This document shows positions 30,487 to 39,175 of a DNA stretch of 64,000 nucleotides, one piece after another. The stretch is from assembly GCA_965242725.1 (NCBI GenBank), contig CBDESZ010000004.1:256001-320000 (forward strand), given 5' to 3'. The DNA comes from Alkalispirochaeta sp. (GTDB taxonomy: Bacteria > Spirochaetota > Spirochaetia > DSM-27196 > Alkalispirochaetaceae). Below the pieces are notes generated by a model. It did no database searches. It had not been told where the DNA came from and saw nothing but the letters and a program-made list of their open reading frames with translations. The position numbers were made by a program, and so were the translations under genes. The stretch's first letter is position 1. The number at the start of each line of letters is the position of its first letter.

Positions 30487-30555
30487 TCTTTCTATAATTG
30501 AACTTGCGTTCTGCCCGGCTACTGTCCCCGCCCACAGCCGCAGCCCGCCTCAGGG
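30487..30555 (-). repeat. Copy A (inverted, diverged) of a four-copy repeat with GAAC-N4-GTTC core
   Basis: Minus strand of 30487-30514 reads GCAGAACGCAAGTTCAATTATAGAAAGA, matching the cores at 39113, 43409 and 49259. Confidence 0.7.
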
Positions 30556-30611
30556 GGTGACATGCAACGGCCGATCTTTACCATTCATGGAAGCCGCTGC
30601 ATAATATGACC

Positions 30612-31187
30612 ATGTTGTCTCCGAAGGAAGAAGAACGATACAGCTGGTCCGACTACCTCGCCTGGCCCGAAGGCGAGCGGTACGAGCTCATCGACGGCGT
30701 CGTCTACGCCATGAGTCCGGCGCCGCGACGGCGGCATCAGGAAACATGTCGGGCTATCTTTCGTCAGATCGACCGTTCTCTTGCCGGAAAATCATGTGAG
30801 GTTTACTTCGCGCCCTTCGATGTAAAGCTCAGCGGCGACGAAGACGACGACGCCCCCACAGTGGTGCAGCCGGATATCACCGTTACCTGTGACAAGTCTA
30901 AACTCACCACGCAGGGAATGACCGGTCCCCCCGATCTGGTGGTGGAAATCGTCTCGCCCGACAGCGGCCTCATCGACCGTCGCCGCAAGTTTGACCTATA
31001 CGAGCGCTTCGGCGTCCAGGAGTACTGGATCGTCGATCAGGACGAGCGGGTCGTGGAAGTCTATCGGCTTGGGAACGACGGATCGTATCGGCGGAGCGGC
31101 GTCTATGGGCCGGAGGAAACGGTAACCTCCACTGCGGTCACAGACCTCTCGATTTCACTGACGGAGGTCTTTGCGGAGGACGACTGA
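30612..31187 (+). CDS. Uma2 family (DUF820) PD-(D/E)xK endonuclease-like protein
   Basis: RYELIDG..YAMSPAP...HQ, APFDV.L, VVQPDI.V.C, PDLVVEIVSP, K..LYERFGV.EYWIVD. Alternative start at 30606. Confidence 0.92.
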   Translation: MLSPKEEERYSWSDYLAWPEGERYELIDGVVYAMSPAPRRRHQETCRAIFRQIDRSLAGKSCEVYFAPFDVKLSGDEDDDAPTVVQPDITVTCDKSKLTTQGMTGPPDLVVEIVSPDSGLIDRRRKFDLYERFGVQEYWIVDQDERVVEVYRLGNDGSYRRSGVYGPEETVTSTAVTDLSISLTEVFAEDD

Positions 31188-31407
31188 GCGCCGCGACGGT
31201 GTTCTCAGCGCGCGACCATGAGCCGCGTGTGCCACAACGTGAAATTAATATGAAAATTTTCTCAATCCCGCCTGAAAACAAGATACTTCGCCAGAAGTGA
31301 GATAGTATCTCCTTCATAACCAAAAGTCACAGTAATGGGACGTACCGGCGTGTACTCAACCGGATGGTTTCCGCCTAAGAGGCGGGAGACCAGGAAGAAG
31401 GAATACT

Positions 31408-32784
31408 GTGATACTTCGTGACATACTTGCCCCTACTCACCTCAGGAGTCTGATAATCCTTTCGTTTATTGTCTCCCTGTTCGTTTTTCCCGTCGGAGTA
31501 TCTGCCGAGACCGGGCCGAGTCTCCGCCATGGCCCGCTGATCTCGACGATCCGGTATGTGGACAACGTGGTACGCATCAGCGGTGAGCGTCTGGAAGGAA
31601 TCGAGACTCGGTGGGGTGATGAACAGCGGCAAATGACCGTTCTTCTCCGTGCAGGTCGGACCGGTCCCGACGGCGTCGTGATCGAGGGAAGCAGCTCCCT
31701 GATCCGTGCGGTGACGGTCGTTCCGGAGGAGCTGGACGAGCCGGATGTGCTGACGCGGCTCTTCCGGGAGCCGCCGGTGGGCGATCTGTTTGTGGAAATA
31801 GAGCTGACCCAACCGGCCTTTCAGGTAGTTTCGGTATCACCGGATGCACGCACCATGACAATGCACTTTCAGACGGCGGATATGGCCGGGGAGAACCGGG
31901 CAGGGGCGGAAGACGCCGACGGTGGATACGCCACGGTGAGCCTGCAGTACGGCGACGCCGAGGGGATCGCGTCTATCCTGCGGCGGCTGGTGGACCGGGG
32001 GGACCGGGCGATACAGGTGGCGCCCCGGCGGAATCAGCTGATTCTTGACCGGCGGATGGATCGCTATCTGGATATCCGGGACCTCATTGACCGGCTGGAC
32101 CGTCCGGGGGACCAGATTCTCATAGACGCCCAGGTGGTGGAACTCAACACCGACGCGGCGTCGCGGCTTGGGCTGGAAATGAGCGACTCCATCACGATCG
32201 GTCTGGAGGAGGAGAGCAATTACGGCCAGGCCATCGCCCTGCCGCTGCAGACTTTTCTCCGCTCACCGGTGGAGGTGCGGGCAACGCTGCACATGCTGAA
32301 AGGGGAGGGGGAGGCGCAGATCCTGGCCAATCCCCGGGTATCGACGATCGACGGTATTCCGGCGGTGATGAAGACGGAGGAGCGCTTTCCCATCATCGTC
32401 ACCCAGTCCTCGGGGGATCAGACCTATCAGACCAAGCAGGACATCGTCGGCGGCATTGAGCTGTCTATTCTCCCCCGCCACAACGGGGGTGGGGAGATCA
32501 CCACGGAGATCGTGACCGACGTCACCACCATTACCGGCACCACCAAGGAAGGCTATCCCACCACCAGCAGCCGCCAGGTAGAGACGACGGTCCGGGTGGC
32601 ATCGGGGACGGCCATCGTCATTGGCGGCCTGGTGGAAAAACGGGAGATCCGTCACCGCGGCAGAATCCCCATCCTGGGCGACATCCCCCTGTTGGGGGTG
32701 CTCTTCACCAACTACCGCACCAACACCCTGGAGACGGATCTGTTTGTCATCGTGACGCCGTATTTGATTGGAGGGGGAGAATGA
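31408..32784 (+). CDS. Stand-alone outer-membrane secretin (GspD/PilQ/gIV superfamily)
   Basis: Signal peptide (…GVSA), one N3-like domain (VSLQYGDAE...RRNQLI...LIDRLDRP..QILIDAQVVE), secretin core ILANPRVST.DG, GIELSILP, RQVETTVRV.SG..IVIGGL, IPILGDIPLLG.LF, LFVIVTP. Confidence 0.92.
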   Translation: MILRDILAPTHLRSLIILSFIVSLFVFPVGVSAETGPSLRHGPLISTIRYVDNVVRISGERLEGIETRWGDEQRQMTVLLRAGRTGPDGVVIEGSSSLIRAVTVVPEELDEPDVLTRLFREPPVGDLFVEIELTQPAFQVVSVSPDARTMTMHFQTADMAGENRAGAEDADGGYATVSLQYGDAEGIASILRRLVDRGDRAIQVAPRRNQLILDRRMDRYLDIRDLIDRLDRPGDQILIDAQVVELNTDAASRLGLEMSDSITIGLEEESNYGQAIALPLQTFLRSPVEVRATLHMLKGEGEAQILANPRVSTIDGIPAVMKTEERFPIIVTQSSGDQTYQTKQDIVGGIELSILPRHNGGGEITTEIVTDVTTITGTTKEGYPTTSSRQVETTVRVASGTAIVIGGLVEKREIRHRGRIPILGDIPLLGVLFTNYRTNTLETDLFVIVTPYLIGGGE

Positions 32785-35700
32785 TCGGGAAGGTGAAAGA
32801 AGGCTTTCTCAGGAGCTGCTATATTGGAGTATTTGTCGTCGCGTTGTTCACGCTCACACCGATGTTGGTGGATGCGTATACAATTGAGGTAACGGTGACT
32901 ACCGAAGTATGCCGGGACGAACGAGTTGGGTGTGAGTTTGCGTCACAGGGACATTGCGAGAATCCGATTTACGAAGAGGTGTGTAAAGATGTACCTACGC
33001 AAAAATATTACGACGTACCCGATTCCGTAAGTCCCGAAGATCTCGAAGACGAGATCACCGATCGTCTTGAAGACACGGGCATAGAAGACGCAACGGTGAA
33101 CGCGGAAGGCACAACTGACGATATCGAAGGAAAGACGGCATCAAATGAGGAAGATCTCGACGGAGGCGAGGATATCGACAGCCTGATTTCCGATATCGCC
33201 GACGAGGTTGCCCGAAACCATAAGGACGCCGTTACGGCGTTTCGCAATTCCGGCGCTACAAAGGATCCGGTGAGACTGGCCACCGGAGACCTGTACTTTC
33301 CGGTTACCGAGTTTGCCCTGGAACACCCCGGTGGCACGGTTCAGGTACAGCGGACCTACGAGAGCGGCCATGCAACGGCAAAGTCCTTTGGGCCGCAGTG
33401 GGTATTTTCCTACGACAGCCGGGTGCTCATGGGCGTGTCGACGGAGATCGGGAGTCTCGTTTCCTACTATGAATCGCTCCTGCCGACCTTTATCGAGCGA
33501 CTGGAAGAGGCACTGGCGAGGTATGAGGAGTCAACAACTGCCATGGAGGAGACGGTCCTCCCGACGCTGGAGTCGATTCTGGCGGACATTGCTCACACGA
33601 TCACCCAGATAGAGGAGGCGATCACCGCCGCCCCGTCGGATTTTACCGAGCGTCTGGAGGAGGAACTGGCGGCCGTGGAGAGTCTGCAAGCGGAAATCAC
33701 CGCGCTCCAGGAGCGCTCGGAAGGGGCCTATGAAGAGCTCAACGGTGTGGCACCGCTTCTGGACACGCTACAGAATGATATCGATGAACTCCGTATCCGC
33801 CTGGAAGCGGCGGAGGATCGGGCGGATTTTCTCGCGGACATGCAGCAGAGGAACCGGTATATCCACGGCGTCGAGGTGAGCGAAGCGGGCACCGGGAAAG
33901 GTACTATTGTCTGGATCGACTTTGACGGGAACAGCCACGTCTTTGATCTGCATACACCGCCTCGTCTGGGTGATCCCGTTGTCGACGGGGAGGAGTATGC
34001 AAACTACTATCCCGAGGGGAGTACGGCGACCTCGCGGGATCCGGCTCTAACCGACAAATTGACGCTTCTTCCCGACGGGAGGGTCGTGGTAATCGCAGCG
34101 GATGGGACGGAATACCGCTACGACCGGTACGGACGACCTCAGCAGATAACGGATCGCAACGGGAACGCCACGCGCTTCGGGTACAACGGCGAGGGATTGC
34201 TGGCGGATATCATAGACAGCGTCGGGCGTACGATCCACATTGAACGATACGGTAACGGACTGATTCAGACAATTGAAGACCCCGCCGGACGGCGGTGGGA
34301 GTATTTTTATGACGGCAGAAACCGCCTGACAGCGGTGACCGACGCTGCGGGACATACCGTTGAGTACGTATATGACGATCTCAGGCTGGTAGAGGTGACC
34401 AAACCCGACGGGTCGGCCATCGAGTACGATTACGAAGAGCGGGACGGGAAGTGGTACGCGGTAAGCACCACCGACGAGGAAGGCTATGCGGAGAGGATGA
34501 GCTTTCACGACGGCTACACCGACTACTACACCGCCGGAAACGTCTGGGAACGGCACGTAATAGACGAGCGGGCCCGCTCCACACGCATCGAGTACGGTGA
34601 CGGCAGCAGCGTGACGATGGTCTACGACGAGAAGGACAACGTGATCCTGAGAACCGATGAGGAAGGGAAGGCCTGGCGCTACGACTACGACGACAACGGA
34701 AACCGGACCTACGCCCGGGACCCGGCCGGGGGCGAGGAGTGGTGGAGCTATAACGAGTATTCCCAGCTCACCGGCTACACCGACCAGGAGAATTTCACGA
34801 CGGAGTACCACTACGACCACCGGGGAAACCTCCGGTCGATCGACTATCCCGACGGAACAAGCGAGCGCTGGGAGTACAACGAGAGGGGACTGGCGACGGT
34901 GTGGACGGACCGGCGGAACAAACGGACAACCTACGGCTACGACGAGTATGGCTACCTGAAGAGCGTGACCGATCCGGGAGGCGGGGTGTGGACCTTTGTG
35001 CACGATAAGGTGGGAAACCGGCTCGCCGAGACGGATCCGGCGGGAAAGACGGTGCGGTATGAGTACAACCCCGACGGCCAGGTGACGGCGATCACCGACG
35101 AGCTGGGCCGGCAGGAGCGGCGATATTACGACGAGCGGAAAGACCTTATCAGGGTGGAAGACCGGAACGGTGAGGCGACAACCTTCACCTACGATGACCG
35201 GCATCTGTTGGTGGCGGTGACCAACGCGCTGAATGAGACGGTAACCTACGCCTACCGTGGCGACGGTCTGATGCGGGAGAAGGTGATAGACGGGCGGAGC
35301 ACCTACCGCTATGAGTATGACGAGCGGGGAAACCTCCGCAGCCGGGAGCTGGTGGAACTGGGGATCGTGACGAGCTATGCATACACCCCTCGGAACAACC
35401 TTGAGGTGGTGGAAGATCCCCGGGGAAAGCGTACCGTCTTGGGCTACGACGATGCGGGCCGGCTGGATTGGGTACGCGACGCCCTGGGCCGGACAACCGA
35501 CCTGACCTACTACCCCGACGGCCGCCTGCACACCCGGCGTGACCCCCGGGGCGGAACGACGGCGTACCGCTATGACGAGCTGAACCGCGTGACGGAGGTG
35601 ATCGATCCGTTGAACGGGGTTAGCGCGTTCACCTACGACGAGGCGGGCAATCCGACGGGCGTGACCGATCCATTGAATCGAACGACGAGCTACGGCTACG

Positions 35701-38700
35701 ACGAGGTGGGGCGGCGTGAGACGGTATGGTACCCCGACGGCACTGTTGAGCGCACCCGCTACGACCGGCGGGGGCTTTTAGTCTCCCACACCGATCGGGG
35801 CGGCGGCGTGACCACCTACGACTACGACGACGCGTGGCGCATGACGAGTCGTACCGATCCGGCGGGCGGCCGCTGGGAGTACGACTACGACCGGGAGGGC
35901 CGTATCACCGCGGTGACGGATCCCAACGGCCGGGTTACCTTGAGAGAGCTTGACGGGATCGGCCGGGTGCGGTTTGTCACCGATCCGGCGGGCTTTACGG
36001 CGGGGTATCAATACGATCACCTGGGCAACGTGACGGCTTTCACCGATCAGGCGGGAGCCACCTGGCGTTTCACCTACGACGAGGCGGGACGGCTGACCAA
36101 AGAAACCGACCCGTTCCAGGCCACCACGAGCTACCGCTACGACAACGCGGGAAACATACAGCGCGTGAGTGATCCTACCGGGCGGGTCACGGTATACGAA
36201 TATGACGAACTGAACCGCCTTGAGACGGAAGACCCTCCCGGCGGGGGGCGCTCCACCTACCGCTACGATGAGGGGGAAACCTCACGGAGATCCGGGATGC
36301 CACGGGGGCGGTGTACCGCTATGGTTACGATCTTCTGGGCCGGATGACCGAAGAGGAGAACCGCCTGGGCGACACGGCCCGGTATGACTACGACGGGGTG
36401 GGAAACCTGGTCAGGGAGGAGCGATTCAGCGGCGAGGTGATCCGTTATGACTATGACCGGATGAACCGGCTGGTTGTAAGGTCGTTACCGGAGGGGGACG
36501 AGCGCTACGACTACGACCGTGCGGGGCGGATAACGGCGGCGGAGAACGCTGCGGCGGAGCTCACCTTTCAGTGGGATGCGGCGGGCCGACTGACGGAAAG
36601 TTACAACGCCACGGTGGACCGGGGATTGCACTATGAGTACGACCGGGCGGGCAACCGGACGGCACTGATCTTTGACGGCGGCCGCCGGGTAGGGTACGAG
36701 TACGGCGTACGGAATGAGGTGACCGCCCTCACCGATCCCGACGGCCGGACAACCACCTTTGATTATGATGAGGTGGGTCGGGAGGTGGAACGAGTGCTCC
36801 CGAACGGCATCACCACCGCGTGGACCTACGACCGCGCCGGCCGGGTGACGACGATCGCCACCGGTGGACGGGAGGGACATCTTGCCGGGAGGGGCTACGC
36901 CTATGACCCGGCGGGTCGGATCACCGCCCGGGTGGATGAGACCGGGGCAATCCGGGCCTACCGCTACGATGCAGCGGGACGCCTTGCAACGGTGGCCTAT
37001 CCCTACGGCAGCGAGAAGATGCGCAACGACCTCATTGAGCGGATCAGGCTGGGGCTTCTGGAGGCGGACACCGCCTATGACGGCGAGGAGGAAGACGAGG
37101 CCGGATCACCCTGGAACCAGCCGGGACCACCGCCGTGGGCAAACAACGACGGTGACGACAATGATACTGAGGAGAACGCCGGCACCGACGACCTCATCCT
37201 CGACTGGCTGGAGCCGTATCTGACCGCCCCGCCGGAGATGATGGAGGGAACCCGTCCCCTGGGACAGAACGGCACGGTCTTCACCGAACGCCTCAGACTG
37301 GAGCGGGGTGAAGCGGGTGTCCTGGCCGAAAGGCTCAGGGAGATCGGCATTGACGGAGCGCACCTTGCGCGTGACCAGTGGGTGTGGCAGGAGCAGTTCA
37401 GCTACGACACCCGGGGTAACCGCACCGAGGTGGCGACGGGCTGGGGTGCGATCGACTACACCTATAACCGGGAGAACCGCCTTCTTGCGGCGGGCGAGCG
37501 GCGCTATGACTACGATGGAGACGGGAATCTGATCACCGAACGCCTGGAGGGGAGAGAAGTCCGCTACCGGTACAACGGCCGGGACCTCCTCATCGAGGCG
37601 AGTGGAGATCTCCTCTCCTGGACGGAAGAGGGTCCACCGGCATCAGAGATCACCTACACCTACGACGCCCTGGGCCGCAGAACGAGCCGGGAAGCACGCT
37701 ACCGGGCGGGAGGTGCGGTGGGCTACGACGCCGTAGCGTATCTCTCAGAGGGCTTAAGCGTGAACGTCGCCGAGGAGCTCCGGGACATCATGATCCCGCC
37801 GGGTGTGATGGCCGGCCCACACACCGGCGGGCCGGGGAACAATGGCCGCGCAACCGGTAGGCCGGAGGTATTTCCGGGACCTGAGTGGCTGACCCCGCCG
37901 CCGTGGCAGACATCAGAGCCCCAGGAAATCACCGAAACAAACATCCGGCAGTACATCCACGCCAACGGCAGGCTCTTTTCCCACACGGACCTGGTGGATC
38001 GCCCGGTGTCACGGAGTCACACGAGCTGGTATCATCAGGACATGCGGGGCTCCACGATGATGCTCACCGGACGAAACGGCGAGGCGGTGGCGAGCTACTC
38101 CTACGACGCCTTTGGGGTCGTCTTTGACGACCATCCCGCCGTTGGACGGCCACAACCGACGGTACCGGAGGGAGCACGGGCGGCGGTCGAGCGGGGAACG
38201 GAATACCTCTACACGGGCAAACGCCTGGACCCCGACACAGGCCACATCGACTACGGATTCCGTGACTACGCCCCACGGCTGGCCCGCTTTACCACGGTGG
38301 ATCCGATCAAGGATGGGAATCACTGGTATGCCTACGTAAATAATGATCCGGTAAATTTTGTGGATCCATTAGGACTTGCAGCGACAGACTCTGCAGCAAC
38401 CGGATTAAATGACATTGAGATAGGAAAACGGCTTTTGAATATAGGAAAAAGTATTTTTCAAGTTGTCGGTGGGGCTATCCTCACCCAGCTCGATAGTCCG
38501 GTCATTGGTCTCTTAGATGTGGCTGGAGGACTTGCTGTGGCTGACGGTATTTCGGACATTATTTTAAATTATGGAGCAATCGTGAGTGAACTCGTCGGAC
38601 TAAATTCCGACGATATTCCTGAGGACCTACTAAACGAAGTCGGAGATACCGTCACAGGAAATGATCAAACCGGTGATCGGTTAGAGGAAGCTACTGATTA

Positions 38701-38725
38701 CTTCTGGCAAGAATATCCTTACTGA
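32781..38725 (+). CDS. Rhs/YD-repeat polymorphic toxin, about 1,980 aa (signal peptide, DUF6531-like domain, YD repeats, Rhs core, variable tip); one-base frameshift at about 36272
   Basis: ORFs 32781-36347 and 36311-38725 join when one base is restored (GAG-GGG-GAA here vs GAG-GTG-GGA-AAC in the paralogous copy at 39248). DPV..ATG...RTY.S...FG..W, dozens of YD repeats, YTGKRLD...RDY...RFTTVDP...YAYVNNDPVNFVDPLGL. Confidence 0.92.
36197..38377 (+). repeat. About 2.2-kb direct repeat, copy 1 (3' rhs core)
   Basis: Near-identical by eye to 39176-41365; similarity ends at the DPLGL codons. Confidence 0.9.
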
Positions 38726-38771
38726 ACATTGGACATGATTGAGCATTGGCAATCGGCTGAAGGGAGTACAA

Positions 38772-38945
38772 ATGCTGGGAAGTGTTTTCGAAATAGCATT
38801 AGGTATTGTGTTTGGATTTGCTGCCATAGCAACACACAGTATCCCAGAGGAGAAGAACTTCATAAAACGATATCAGAAACAGATACTCGCCATTAGCGCG
38901 ATAGTGATGTTCGTTTTTGGAGGTGTAGAATTGTTGATGGGCTGA
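38772..38945 (+). CDS. Putative immunity protein for tip 1 (57 aa, two TM helices)
   Basis: GGGAG RBS, low GC, immediately after the toxin tip; MLGSVFEIALGIVFGFAAIA...ILAISAIVMFVFGGVELLMG. Confidence 0.7.
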   Translation: MLGSVFEIALGIVFGFAAIATHSIPEEKNFIKRYQKQILAISAIVMFVFGGVELLMG

Positions 38946-38967
38946 TTGATTGTCCTTATTTTGGGGC

Positions 38968-39009
38968 GACAGTCGTGAAAGGGTGTAGTCGCCCCCTTTC
39001 ACGACTGTC
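38968..39009. repeat. Perfect 16-bp inverted repeat (42-bp palindrome)
   Basis: GACAGTCGTGAAAGGG-tgtagtcgcc-CCCTTTCACGACTGTC. Confidence 0.85.
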
Positions 39010-39071
39010 AAAGGTAGGGGGAACTGCAGCGGAGGACTCCGCCTGTCCGTAGGCGTAACTAAAGACACACC

Positions 39072-39132
39072 TACCGATCCGGGTAACCCATACGGCACGG
39101 TTATAAATCACGGCGGAACGCAAGTTCAATAT
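39072..39132 (+). repeat. Copy B of the 61-bp fixed-spacing repeat
   Basis: TACCGATCCGGGT-N9-GGCA-N7-AAA-N5-GCGGAACGCAAGTTCAATAT. Confidence 0.85.
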
Positions 39133-39175
39133 TCATGATCCGTTAACGGGTGCCGGAAACGCCTACGAACGGCAC

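Noticed and set aside
31266..31387. Inverted repeats upstream of the secretin (AGATACT...AGTATCT; TCCCGCCT...AGGCGGGA) as riboswitch or operator
   Set aside because: Short arms that could arise by chance, with no match to any riboswitch or operator I recognise.
30474..31407. Replication origin at the local C-to-G skew switch
   Set aside because: No DnaA-box cluster (TTATCCACA-like) seen and no dnaA/dnaN/gyrB nearby; the skew is local rather than window-wide.
31408..32784. Secretin as part of a filamentous prophage (gIV) or a T2SS/T4P/T3SS cluster
   Set aside because: No Zot/gI ATPase, Rep, coat genes, pilins, GspE/F or injectisome genes in the window. Partners elsewhere in the genome cannot be excluded.
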